Origin: Balanoglossus misakiensis
Taxonomy: Eukaryota; Animalia; Hemichordata
Direction of reading: 5' to 3'
DNA: 64,000 nt
Assembly (NCBI GenBank): GCA_040954595.2
Contig: CM082578.2
Location: 13,608,304 to 13,672,303 of the forward strand
The translations under genes were made by a program, and so were the position numbers. Within the stretch, counting starts at the first letter, position 1; every line of letters begins with the position of its first letter. The notes beneath the pieces were generated by a model that had not been told where the DNA came from, did no database searches, and was given only the letters and a program-made list of their open reading frames with translations. This document shows, piece by piece, positions 26,001 to 40,064 of this stretch.

Positions 26001-29000
26001 TACTAACAATACCATAAAAAACACATCAAAGTTTCAACAGCCAGATGAAGATCTTGAGAAAGAGCTGAACGTGTAGAACATGACTTTACATCTTTGGCTT
26101 TGAAAGTACAGCCACATATATTCTGTAGAGGGAGAAGTGTGTCATCAAGGCCTGTAATACTAGGTAGCTTAACTAGTGTATTGACCCTGTCCAGTCGTAA
26201 GTCTGGTTAATCAAGCAGCAACGTGACATAGGCAGTGTCTGAGAGTTTGCAACTGACAACCTGTCTATCACATAAAGTACATGTCAGTAGAAGTGCGAGT
26301 GTCATGTGTCAGAATAAATGTACATTGTGTATTTGACATCACCGGTCACATAATATATGCTCCATCAGCCCACAGATGACAAAATTGATATTTCCTTTCA
26401 GTGTAATACTGCAAAGCTTTCTGGCAAGGAAAGGGTATAGAAATTCAAATTTCCCTTTCTATCTATTTTTATTTGTTTTGTCAACACACATCAGTACATG
26501 AACATATAAAATATGTTTCCATGTTTATAAGACATCAGAGACATCTGACTATCACAGTTTTTCCACGATGACCAAATTAAAATCCATGCTACCTTGAATT
26601 ATTAATCTAAATGCAAGACAGAGAATCAACTCATCAAATCTCATGACAACTGTCAGTTCACAGTAATCTACTCATTAAAATTTATCACATTTCTGTGTGC
26701 CCTGCATCTAGATCAAATATTAAACCAGACACGTCGATCTGGCACCAACAAGATTTTCAAAATCTACATTTTTATTACAACTTTTAACAATGTCTCTGTA
26801 TAAAATGCAAAGTGACCAAAAATGCCCTAACACAAAATGAATAAGGTATTAAAGATACATATAGCCAATTTTTCTTTCTGCAATCTCATCGGTATTTTTG
26901 AGTCGGTTTTTGAACACGTTTTCAGCTCATTATATTACATTTTAATTTCAGGACATTACCTTCAAACATTTTATTTCCAACTAATGTCTCTGCAAATAAG
27001 AACACCTCCTCTCTCAAACTCAGCTGATACCATGGCAACATGGAATCCATTTTAGCAGTACACTCTGCGCTCCTAATCTAACCTCCATCAATATTACCTC
27101 TTATGATTAATCACTAATTACTATAGCAACAACAGAAATGCAACAACCCATTATGCTGATCATTTTTAATGACAATATCCAATCCATCTACTTTGAATGA
27201 TTTCACGTAAAGTGTAAAGCCAGTAAGAGAACTCATTCCATTTGAAATATGCTCCTTATAAAAATGCATCAAATTAATACTACCTGTTCACTAGAGAAAA
27301 TATTTTGACTCATTTCTTTCTCAGAATCTTATTACATTGACTGATTTATTATATATGGCATTTTTACGAGATTTTCAGAAGATGGAAAATTATAATTTAT
27401 GATTGCTATTCCCTGATGGATCATATGAAATCCAGGAATGTCTCATTTCAATGCTTACTAAACTCACTTGGGATTCTCTGACGTTTTCTGTCAGAAATGT
27501 TTCTTGTTTGTAAACAATCAATGCAGTATAAGCTTTGCACACCACTTCTGTGGAAGGCAACAGAGAAGCATGATGGAAACAAGCTATTGGCAGTTCTATA
27601 CGGTACAAGACACCGTTTATGTTATTCTACATGAGGATACATAGTGAATCAATGTTCTTCTCGTATGGGGAGAAAAAATCATGGAATATGTGAGTCCCTT
27701 ATCATATTAATCTTGCCTGTACATCTTCATACATGGCACGTACAAGATAGATTAAATTTTTCATAAATTTGTACTGACACAGATCGAGTGCCATCTTTTT
27801 TCAGTCCATGTGCAGACTAGTATGCATGGGAACCACAGATGTTGGTCGGTGCAGTCCCACAATCTTTTATCTCCTCCACTGCTAATACTCATTAGAACAT
27901 ACCATATCTGAAACGCCACAGTACTTCACTCAGAAGTGCTGTCAGAGTTGAATGTGCAAAAGTGATCTTACCAAAGGTCAGAGCCATCTTCACAAAATGG
28001 GTCTAATTCTCATCGCAAATCACAAACCTCAAGGGATTCACATTCCCTTCATTCTTTAAACTGATAGTTTCATTCATGATTTGCATCTAAAATTGACCAT
28101 TAATTGGCACTTTCTGAAGCAGACTCTCTAACTGGGCATCATATATGTGGAAGTGTAGTTTAACTTGACCATAATGTATTTAACCTCCCTTTCTAATATA
28201 CATGCCTCTCAAAAATCTGTGATGCAGCTATTTCTTTACAAGTGGACCACATATGTCATTGAATCCACATCACAAAAAACATTCAATCATAATTTTGGGT
28301 CAGAGTGCATCTTTCTTTCATCTTCAATCATTCATGAAATTGACGAAAAATTGTGTTTATTGAGCGCAGAAAAATTGGTTCCGGTATAAGTGCCATGTGG
28401 TCTATCACTCAGCCTTTGTTCTTCACACAAGTGATATATTCAGTGAATGTACTTTTTAAACATGTCCACACATATCGAGACATGCAACAAAAGACTATTC
28501 CTAATGACGGACAAATGAGAAAATCGGAAACTATACCACACTGCAAATGAAGGCGCATTTGCGACATTCTTTTCGTAAGTGCATTATTCACATGAAAAGA
28601 AATATAAAATCAATACCTTTGAGTGGTAAAGTGGAATTATTTGCAGCTGTAGTCATACAGCTGATATTTAGTGTTGCTTCTAAAAATTCTCACTTCTCAC
28701 TGACTCAAATTTCTTTCTGTGAATGGTGTTTTTTTATACAGTTAGCATTAATGACTACTGCCTACATATTTCAAATTTTGATTTTTTAATTCATAGCGGG
28801 AACTATTTACCGTACAGATGATCTCGTTTTGAGATCATGAGATTTATATCAAACATGGTTTTATGGAGTGAGTGGTTGACACGGTAAATCAAATGCACTC
28901 TTTCATGAAATGCAATCATCCATTTCCAATATGTGGTGATCGAGACACAACTGTCAAAGCATGCGTGGTTAATTTGCAAGACTATTACAATGATTGGCAT

Positions 29001-32000
29001 TTGAAAGTACCAGCACATGTTCATTTCGTTGCCAAGTAAATTCCCTTGTTCCCAAATTGTTAAGTTGCACATTCCAACAACTTTTGGAAATATTGTTCTG
29101 CAAAACCTAGTATGGTGCAAGTTGTGAAAATTTCAAGAAAATGACAATATTGTAGCAGTTTTCTCAAAATTCTACATGGAAGGCTACATAGGAAACTGTT
29201 TCAACTTCTCCTATTGAGACGCAATTAACCGCCATTTCACTGATACCTAGCTATATTGATTTATACTGCTTGCTGTAAGGACATGCCGTTAGCCACTCTG
29301 TCCTCAGCTAAAAGAGGATGTTCAAACACAACACTAATAATCAATGTGAGTCCATAAACTGAAGAAATTCCAAGATAATTATATTATAGCCAATCCATGA
29401 GTATGGATCCACACATGCAGTAGATAACATGACAGTTATATGTTTGGCATAAAGACATTTTCTACCAGAAGTTCACCCAAAGCAATTACCGGGGTACTGC
29501 TGCCTAAGAAATATAATATGAGGACTCCAGTTACTATTTATTCATGTGTTAAGTATACAGTGCAGATCTGCAATGTGATCAGTGTACATGAAAAGATGGA
29601 CGACACTTGTGTTAAGAAAACAAAATGTAATCCTTTCTATGAACACCCTACAACTTATTATGTAACTTTTTTTGTTATACCATTGATTTCACACCATATT
29701 TTCCATAGAGATTAGAGCTGCACTGTGCATATCCTAATTTTTAAAGGGACACTTAGCAGTATTCATTTTTGCAAACATAACAATGTAACGACTATAAATA
29801 ACTGCATATCAATGGAAATGTTGGGTCTCTCACACAGATACTTGTATAATGACATACATATTTTTGAATTGAGTCATTAGGCAAATGAATCCTTTGTGAA
29901 AGTGAATCATAACGATTGATGAGATGAAGCTTCTCTGACTAGACAATAGTTTTCACACACAATATGGATCATGGGCTTAACATTTCAATACAAGTTAAAT
30001 ATAGATTTTATACAAAAGGACACAACTTTGGATGAGCATTGTCCAGCTCTGTAGCTATCAGTATTTTGATGCAAAATACTGGTACTGAATATTTTTTTCA
30101 GACGGTAGTCAATATTCTTTTCCTTTATATTTAATTACGGTTGATCAGATAAGATATTAATAATATGACTGAGCTAAAATCTGACTGAAATGTTCACAGA
30201 ATTGCTTGTCATTTTCACAACAACACACACAAGCTTACCAGAAAGCTGTGGGTAATTATTATCCTAATTATATAGCTGATGTCATGGCAACATGTGACCC
30301 AAATTTTAGATGTGAAGAGATTAATGAAAGGTCAGGGATGAAACTGCTTTCCCTGTCATACCACTTACTGAACCATTATACTGTCTTACCTGAGGATTCA
30401 GAAAGCTGTCAACTGCATCGATGAAAATGACATCTCAAACTTACTGATGATTATACCATATGATTGTTTGTGACTATCGCTGAGAGAATATGCCTGACAA
30501 GCACTTGTAAAACATGGATGAGAAATTATTTCATGTACTGCATGTACGTGTAAAGCATCATTCTCATTTTGTAAAAAAAAAAGCTGCATAATATTGGAAA
30601 CTCACAATTTACGTTCTTTATATACCGGTAGTTAGTATTTTCTCTAACAAATATGTGAACATTGCACAGATCGAGCATGTAACCTGACAGCATAGTTAGA
30701 GAAGCTTGAATCACAGTGGCCCTCCACTGAAAAATCACTTTGTGAAGATCAAACATACAACACAGATGTTGCTGTCAAGTGATCTAGGCATGTCTTCAAG
30801 TGTTCTTTGTGTCGTCATAGAAACCAATCAGGAGAGGGACATCAAGGAGGATGGCCGAAAGTCAAAACACCTGTGCACATGCACTCCTTGGGATAGAACC
30901 CCTCATTTGGTTACAATTGCAGTGCCGTATGTGCAGATAATGACTTGGAGTGTGGGATTGTTTTACCTGGATTACCAGCAGATTTTCTCAATTTGATGCA
31001 GCTTGTCTTCATAATCTTCACATCACTGTGATCATCTGACTCAGTACAGTGAGATCAACAAATCACACAAAACAAGTTCCACTTTAATGTCTCAGAATTG
31101 TTTTGATCCATGAAAGTCATTAATATTCAGCTTGCATACCGACCTTGAACATGCATCACAGGTTTGCCAGCAAATGAACCGTGCATAGAACCTTCAAGAA
31201 GAAATAATTTCCCTTCACTAAAGACTAATGTGGTGATTGGTGGAAGCAATTAACTGGAAAACTGTACTGAACCAACGGTAAATAATTCTGGTGTATTTGG
31301 CTAATAATACCTTTCAGTAAAGATGTAAAAACACTATAATCTGGACACGATAGTCTAGCAACCAAGGCCATACTGTGGACTGGGTCATGAAGTGTCTGAA
31401 TCATTGTCATCCAGGGATATACTGACTCACATTGCTGACTGCATAAATGCTTCATCTAACACTGTCTTGTACACAGCAGATTGAGGCAGCAAATCTAGAA
31501 GATAAATGTACTGGTAACTTATGTCAACTGATATTTCGAACATACAGATACTTCTCATTTCATTGCTGAGAATTTATAGAAAGTTCAAGAAAATAAGATG
31601 GGATACAATCATGACAAATTCATTTCAAAAACTCTGATACTGCAGGAATAAATGTTAAGAACCAATATAACATCTGACGTCATAATTCAGTGCTTCATGA
31701 AACCCACGAGAGACTGACAATAGCTTCTGGTTTACGTCACCTCGGAAACAACTTGGACACATACCACCTCATGCACTAATCACATAGCAACATGCATGGC
31801 CACAACCCACCCACACATATCACCAGTCCACATATGCAGCTTTACATAACACAGAGATGTTGCCAGGATACTGTGCAGAGATTTCAATTTAAAGTTCCTT
31901 TGAGCTACAATTAGAATTAATTAAATTTGATCAGTATGCCATGATTAAATAACATTTCTGGTCACTTTGATTAGAAAATAAGTTAATTGTACCTGTACCA

Positions 32001-35000
32001 GTTTGTCTAATTATTTTCCCTGAATTGCAATTGACCACTACCAGGTTATATAAACGAACCATTTCTGGTAGGTGAGGTTGGTAACAGGGAGATTTTACAT
32101 GATGATTTTATATAAGGTGACTGTTGAATTGTCAAACATGAAACCATAATGGGCAAGTTGCAATGTTAAAATTTGCAAAACAGGGATCTGTTGTCATGGC
32201 CATAAAAGTCAAATTGGCCGCAATCTGACAAAAGTGTACAGCTGATATAAACTTTAACAAGCCACTCAGTCTAAAACGTTAAGTGTTCTTGTGAATAAAT
32301 TTTTTTAACTGTAGTAGACACATTAAGTCATAAATGCAGACAGCTTCAATTTGTCTGTTTGTGGATAATAATTAGTGTCTTTAAACTGAAGTGCGAGTTT
32401 TTTTTCCTCCAGAGACCAATAGTCTCAGTGGTACAGAATGGACAATGCATTGGTCATCTGCTATATGGCCACATTTCTGTATATGAGTATCTTTAAACTA
32501 TAAAGTTGGCTTAACATTTTTGCCCATTGAAACGCACTGTATTGTTGTTTGGTATCAACCTCAAACCCATCCCGTCAATGTCACTTGAACAGCATATTCA
32601 ATGTCAATGTATAGACTGAGCAAACATGTTTAAAAAGGATAACGAAAATCCAAAGAGATCCCTGACACTCTGTAACAGCTATTCATATCTGCCTTGAAAA
32701 CACAATAGTGTCAGCAATACTATTAATACCTCTCACACCACCTCTGCAAAATGTGGTTGACCTCGTGTGACACCTTTAGGATTATTTATACCGGTATTTC
32801 TCTCCGGGATAAATTATGATGTGTTTCTGCTTCATAGAAGAAATTCCAATTACTGTACAGCTTGGAAATCTAATCATACGGAAATCAGCTGACACATTAA
32901 ATGTCAACAGCAAAAAGGTTGGGTGTTGCTATGAAATGTTATTTTAACCCACTGGTATGGCAAACCGGGGCACTACACATTCACTCACACAACCATTTCA
33001 CAATCTGTCAGACAACAGTACCAATCATTCATTCTGCAATGTGTTCATGCTATATTATTTTCCATAGAGACTCTTTACAATTTCAGCAATTCTTTCAGTT
33101 TCTCAAGATTAATTTTGTCTGATGTAATTATAAACGGAGGTCCGATTTCAAGGCAAAACACTGCAATTGGGTTGAGCCACCTCTGGATTATGCATTTTAT
33201 TCAAACCATGTGAGGTATGCCCACTGTGGGTAGAAGCAGAATCACGGATGATCAGTAATACTTTGAGTGGAAAGAACATATTCTTTAAATAGACCATAAA
33301 ATTTTACTTTCACTAGGATCTTGTTACTAACATTATTCAACATAAAAGGTCTTCAAATTTGAATAGCAGACAGACCTGGGAGGAAGGATTTACAGATTGC
33401 TTAAACAGGAATCGATAGAATACATGATTGTAATTCTGTTCATCAGAATACTGCATCTTTTCATCAATGAAGAACCCCATGATCTTGTCATATCAACACA
33501 TCACCTTCATTTCACATTCTTGCTTTTCTGAAATGTTTACTGATGAGTGATGTTGGGCAGTGAGAAGCAATTATACATAGTATTCTGTAAGAAAACATTG
33601 ACAGCTCATCCCTGTTGGACTATTAAATTAGGTCACACAAATTTTCATGCTGATTCAGTGTAAATGAAACCCATGCAGCTATTATAGAATCCCACTGTGC
33701 ACTTGGCCATTATGATAGCTATTTAAATCAGACACAAATTATGCTTACAACATTTTGATTGCTTGGTTTGATACTGGCAAGTTAACCTTTCTCTCTTTTT
33801 CAATATCAACTGTGTCTAGGTTTTATTAAATTGCACATTTTCTCACGTTTAAGTCTCTAAATAAAGACTTGTGATACTATTTTGCGCGAAGTGAAATATT
33901 ACATTAATTAGTATTTCAATTAGTGATAAAAACTGCTGCAATGTACGGTATACCTGCCAAACCAATATTCATCAGCAAAATAAAAAAAACACGTTGAGTG
34001 TATGGGTTGACACAGCAAATTCTAGAAATCGATTAACGCTTCTGCACGTAAAATGATTTCTTCTGCAGAATCCACTGAGAGCAAAATCAATGCCTTGCTC
34101 ACCATCAATTTACACATGTCATAAAAAGTCAGTTGTAAGGTTACGACCTTCCAGTAACAGTTTACAACATTTATAGCTTTGGTATGTACGGTAGCTTGCG
34201 TTAAACACTAAAATATCTCTACAAACCATTCCTTTTTTTTCTGTGAACCAGTGCCACTACATGCAAATTGGCTGCACACACCTTAAGTGTAGGAATTAAA
34301 TATCACTGATGTGCCAAATTCCACCAGATTTCACATTGTACTGAAAAAGACTTTAAAGTTGAGTAATATTTTATGGGTGAGTCCTCGAGATCATAAAAAG
34401 TGAATGGAACTTCTGGTCGGCAGCCAAAAGTGATAATATTTTACAACTGGTTATATGCGTTTCTGAGTGATAAGCCTTGGTAATTGAGTGAACCTATTTG
34501 CATGTGTCTAGGCTTTTATCAATCCGGAACAAACAGTGCAATCACTCTGTCCCTTAATTTCTTTCTTCTACATACAAATGATTCAGGTTAGATTTTACTG
34601 AAAATTTTCTGTAATTTTAATATCTCTGTTAAGGTTGATGTATACCATACAACCAATAATACAATCATTATTGCCATAGCAATGACCCCTGGGTCAGTGA
34701 ACTATAATGAGCTACATCACTGGACAATTCTTCAAGGGTATCTTTGCACTTGACTTTTGTGTAAATTTCAATGTGTTTTCAGAATACTTAGCTATGCATG
34801 GTGCACCAATAGAGATAACTGGTAGTCTTCATGCATATTCCGAGACAGATAACAACCGAACACAAAACATATCATAGACCAAGGTTTCTTCTAAGGAAAT
34901 TGATCTTAACAACCTTAATCTACATTTTAAGAGCAGACATCCTCCTGGATGTTCGTTAATTTGATTTTTCAAAATAAAATTAGGACAAAGTGAACGTAGA

Positions 35001-37154
35001 TTCTATCAAACTGAAGAGCAGACTTTCCTAAGGGGTCGTGACCCAAGAATCTGAAGATGGCCCTGGAAGTAATGTTCTTGCACCAATCTGCCAAAGGTCT
35101 AAACATGATATCCAGGGGTGGGGCTTCCAACAGTAGCTTCAACATACCACATATAGGTGGTCTGCGTATCAGTTTGCAGGATATGCCAGAATCTGGGCTG
35201 CAACTGATAAACTTTTCTGTGAAGCTACTTTACACAAATAATTAACTTTTCAATTGGATGCCATATTTATCCACCATTAAATGATGCCATTAAGTGTAAG
35301 TGTATGTTGGTTACTTTAATGAAAGATTGTTAGATGACTAGAATTGAGATTGTAATTCCATGCAAGTACTGACTTGCTTACTACGAACTTTTGCTACGGC
35401 ACTCTGAGTACAGAACTGAACTCAATTTATGCACATAATAACCTCTGATTTACATTCTGTGACCTTCATTATAAATATTTTCCAATGAAAATATATCATG
35501 GTGTACAGCTGACATTATTTTTCAAAAATAATATTGATTTCAGAATCTATTTTCCCAAATTTCCCTTCAGGAAATTGAAATTTTATCAAAATGTTGTTGT
35601 GTGTAAGAGAAGGGGCACAAAGATTTCGGCAGAGTACATCTTTAGAATGATGTAAAGGGTTTAAGAGACAGTTTTAATGCAAGCAGGTTGAAGCTTATGC
35701 AGGGAAAGCATGAATAATGCATTAAATGATAACCCCCAGAGCTGTCATTTATAAAAACCAAATCAGCCACAAACTCAGGTATCTAGGTAAGAATCTCAGA
35801 CAAGCAGGGTTTTTCTTCCCTGAGGTGCAGTTCCTCATGTGTCGTGATAAAGCCACTGCGATTGGTAACGATGATAAACTGGGACCCAATTACAAGTTTC
35901 GAGTCATAAACCGAGCAAAATCATCGAGCTTTGACAGCTCCCGCTCCACTTTCCTTGGAGACACTGAATTTAACCAATCAGAGCCTGGGATATGTTTATA
36001 CTTGCAGGAAACAATTTGCAATGCTCATCAGAATATGAAACAGTTAATCAGATAAAGTGGGCCACCTCGCTCACTCTCTACGGCAATTTCAGTTCAAAGT
36101 TTTACCCCCAATGCTTCCAATTCAATACATGTGTATAGCACATGTCAGACTCTATTCATGTAAGGATGTATTTTGCATAAAAGCAATGTCATATCAAGTC
36201 AGTGATTCACGAATATTCCATAATGTTTGCCTGGGGCAAGAATAATGCAGGCATATCCCCATGAGTTCATCTTGCATAAATATTGGCTTTTCCAACCTCA
36301 AATTGTAGCATTTGACAGTGACTGTCTCAAGCAAGCTCAAGATCTCGTGGTGTGACAATCACGATATAAAACATCAAGGGGTCACATCACACATCAAAAC
36401 TCATTCATTATTCCCCCAACTAAATAATTAATTGAGTAATTAATTAACCAACTAAAGTGATGGGATTCCGGTATGTGCATTGCAATATGACAGCTTATCA
36501 ATATTACGGTACTATTCATTTACATTCTGCAAGTCACATGGTATAGATGCTGAGTCAACACCATTTTACAACTTGGTTTTTCCTCTCTTGTTTTTCGATG
36601 ATTCGGTTGAACCTGCACATAGCAAAGAGGGGGATAAAAGGGAAAAGAAAAGCTTTGGGGCACACAACACCCAGAATATTCAGGAATTGACCCCATTAAC
36701 TTGATTAAAATCTTGGCAATCACAGAGATGAGTTTCCGCAGCCACTTACCAGAATGCCCGACCAATAAGGTGTATCTCTGATCTTGAGAGAGGGTGAAAT
36801 GTTGAGCATAACAAATCCAAAGACAGCAATAGTAGCACCTAATAGAACCTGTAATAACACCAGACACACTGGCAATGTGCAGCACCGAAGATGATACTTT
36901 CTGTGTTTTTCTTTGAAAGGTCTCGTTGACGGAGAGTGAGTGTCCGAGTGGAGGTCTTCTTGCACTATGTTCTGTGGTACAGTGGTGGCCAACCCAGGTG
37001 CTTGAGATCTGCCGGGTGATTGATAGGACTCTGTGCTGGACACACTACGTCCAGTCTGCTGCAGAGATCCTGTGCTCCTATCGGAGGGAGGGATGACGGG
37101 ATCCGTATCTGCAGATTCCTCGATTTCCTTCATTGCTTCGTCGGAAGTTTGCAT
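19705..37154 (-). CDS. SSPN: Sarcospan (four-transmembrane dystrophin-glycoprotein complex subunit), 3 coding exons, about 288 aa
   Basis: The spliced product has LLQVLLGATIAVFGFVMLNISPSLKIRDTPYWSGIL, TCEH...CQC...DLSRLYIYEETMDC and LWKLRYMEFYSGLR. These align with recalled vertebrate sarcospan (ISSSLLVRDTPFWAGII, CQC..PLSRTFVYRDVTDC, MWKHRYQVFYVGVR). Both introns are GT-AG, phase 0. Confidence 0.93.
23616..23702 (-). CDS. SSPN: Sarcospan middle exon, 87 nt (LVLAGLIGLYFCATNLEAYSGSVKAFLVK); too short for the ORF track
   Basis: ttctctttttctacag acceptor, AAG|gtaag donor; phase 0-0; completes TM2. Confidence 0.9.
24128..24159 (+). repeat. (GGGT)3 plus poly-G run, G-quadruplex capable
   Basis: GGGTGGGTGGGT followed by about 20 G. 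Confidence 0.85.
36750..37154 (-). CDS. SSPN: Sarcospan first coding exon (exon spans 37223-36750; ATG at 37154)
   Basis: tttcttttctctag acceptor ending 37224; aaaATGc start; Ser/Thr/Pro-rich N-tail, TM1 and RDTPYWSG motif; CTG|gtaagt donor. Confidence 0.9.
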
Positions 37155-37837
37155 TTTAAACACGCTGGAAATTTTGCACAGATGATTTTTCGCTAAACAT
37201 GAGCTGTTGGCGGGTCTTCCAACCTAGAGAAAAGAAAGAAAATAATCATTACACACACAATTCTGGACACCATGGCATCACATGACCTTGAATGCTAATA
37301 CAGAAAAATGACATCATTACTGAAATAACTCGGGCTACCAGCTAAAATCCTGACATCTGGTTCCAACCTCTCAATGTGTATACTCCCAAAGCAAAAACTT
37401 TACTTACAAACTCACGACTGGGAAAGACTTTTTTAATGGATCACGCTTACAATGTTGGAGGAAATCTGATAGGCATGGTTGACAGCATGCCCATATGAAG
37501 GCACATTGTTGATCACAGTCATCTAAACCAATAACAAACTATTGAAACCAGTTCACCACAAAGAGCAGTGAGGTTCTAGATACCAGCCTTTTGAGAAGAC
37601 ACGCATGATATGTCTCTGCAGAAGGTTAAGGACGCTACATACAAAACAAGCAGTCTCAGGTTTTCCTCAGGAGTTCCAATAGACTTATATGATACTTACG
37701 ATTTCTTTTCACTCTAATAGCACCCTACAGCAAAAATGCATAACAAAAATGAACATTAAAAAAATCTGATAATTGACAGAAAATAACAATGCCTGAAACC
37801 TCTATTTTGCACGTTGCATCCTTAATGAATTCTTTCT

Positions 37838-38025
37838 CCTGACAGCATCCATAAACTTCAGTGGTTTAGGACAACTTCTATCACAGTTATATCAGTGGTC
37901 TGTGTCAGATAACTTTCTACTCATGGCCTTGTGACAGCATTCATAAAGTAAAATGGCTCGCTGCTATCACTGTTTGTGGTTGTGCGTCTGATAACTTTCT
38001 ACGGCTAGCCTTGTAAGGTCATTCA
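37838..38025. repeat. Degenerate tandem duplication, period about 85 bp
   Basis: ctatcac...gataactttctac...gccttgt...cattca occurs at about 37878-37943 and 37964-38025. Confidence 0.6.
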
Positions 38026-38861
38026 ATGGATATATAGCAGAAACACTTAAGATAGATTAACTGTAAATGCGATATTAACTATGTATTGATTGTATTCTTG
38101 CTTGTATCTGCAATTGTACACTGCAGTATGTCATTGCATTATATCTCTTATTTTATATTTTTCTCAAATAACTGAATATTTTTATGGTTATATATAATAC
38201 GACTTATAAAATGATAGCTGACGTAAGTGACGATGGAATTCTGAGACAGATTATAGAAGAGTTTCATCTGAACTGAGAAGGGCAAAGGTGCATGGTCTCT
38301 TTCTCTTTTTCTTACTTTGTTTTACTTATAATAGTGTCAAACCAATAAATCCTCCCTAACTATTTAGCTTTTGGTGTCACACAATGACCCTGTTTGTCCA
38401 ACCAAGTCAATGTCATCTTGCAAAGCAATGAATCTATCTAATGTACAACATTCTGACAATGCCTTTTATCTGACCACATTTAATGGAATTCATTTTCTGC
38501 ATCCTTCAGAACTTGGAATTGTGGGTATAAATAGACATTCAAATGCAAATTTAAAGTTGTAATATGCAAGGCATTTTTCATTTGTATTTCAAACAATTAT
38601 TTGTGCGATATTTGACACACGTGATACAGTCTCTGACTTTGAGGACAGTTGAAGTGGCTGTGATCACCAATAGAGGCACAAGTCCATTGAATAAGAAGGT
38701 CAGATATATTTACAGCATGTTATTAATGAACACACTGAAAAGGTCAAGTTCGCATGACTGTTTTGTTTACTGTAGGAGAATCACATGTTTAAGTACAGGA
38801 GTATTCTGGGTGGCTTGTTTTAATATATCATCTGGAACCATAGAAACATGAAATAAGTTCT

Positions 38862-38985
38862 GCCTACTGTAAACCAAAACAGCCCATACAATACAAGTTC
38901 TCGTCCAATCACAGAAGTAAAGCTTTGTTGGGCATGGTTAGTACTTGGATGGGGGACTGCCTGGGCATACCACTAGTATCTTTTT
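38862..38985 (+). pseudogene. Decayed 5S rRNA copy (pseudogene or head of a 5S-derived SINE)
   Basis: GTTCTCGTCCAATCACAGAAGTAAAGC...GGGCATGGTTAGTACTTGGATGGGGGACTGCCTGGGCATACC (38897-38971) follows the eukaryotic 5S consensus including box A and box C. The ends are diverged, and a T-run follows. Confidence 0.85.
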
Positions 38986-39660
38986 AAGATTTTTTTTCCT
39001 AGATTAGCTATAGTAGTGTTTTAGATTGTATTTTTCATTAAATGACATTTGGGTTTTCTGTAACTTGTTGAGTGATATTTTGTACCCCAAAAAATGATTT
39101 TCTTTATGATGTTGCTTTACCTATCTTAGACTTTACACAGTAACTTGTTTTTTTTTTCCTGTTTTATGGTCAATATATTCAAAGGAGCTTATACACCTTC
39201 AGTCACCATTAATGCCAACTTTTAATTTATAGTATTTTTGGCCTAAAGTGGTGTTATGTAGATCTTCATATTGACACAAAAGTTGTCACTGGGCAAATTC
39301 TGAGTGGCCTGTTCTTTTTATCTGCCTACTTACAAGACTTTTGAAGTGGAACAGTTAACCTGTGGGCAAGGTTTCCACATCAGCCACTATCCACAAAGTT
39401 GAAGAAAAAAAAATTCTGAGCAAAAAGTCATTCAAGGAACTATTCTCATTTTCTTTATCTCATGTGCAGCAGTCTTGAGTAATTTTACTCAATATGGAAA
39501 AAATGCCAAGTACAATGATGTTTTGCTCAATGGCACACTTTTTAATAATTTCTTCAAGTTCATTAAACCATACATTTAAAACATGCATCAAAATGTTTGT
39601 TGACAACACCACTCTTAAATGATAATATTGTAATTTCGCTGGAATTAAAATTGGATGTGG

Positions 39661-39670
39661 CTAAAAATAA
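39661..39670 (+). promoter_or_regulatory. MEF2 consensus site CTAAAAATAA in inferred sarcospan intron 1
   Basis: ggCTAAAAATAAcc matches YTA(A/T)4TAR; about 400 nt from the inferred exon 1. Confidence 0.35.
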
Positions 39671-40064
39671 CCAGACTGCCAGGCATCTTCTGTCGTAATG
39701 AATTAATATAGAAATATGGATGCCATTCCATAATTTCGAGCGGATGACCTATGCCATTAATTCATATTCTTTTATCGGGAATATAATTCCACTATATGCG
39801 AAAAAAATCAGCAACACGAGCAAGCATTTTAGCTCTCAGCTCAGTAAATCCAGATACCTTGTAGTCATCCCACTATAACTGTAATTGTATCTTTACCCTG
39901 GCTGCATGATATTTCGCGTGCGTACGTGGGCCCGTGATGGGTGTACATTGCAAGTGATCAGTGATCACGACACGTGCCGTTTGTTATTATGAAATGAACA
40001 GGTAAACAACAACAAATGTTGAATGGGGAAAAAAGGCTGGAGATCAGCGATCAAAGCCCCTTAC

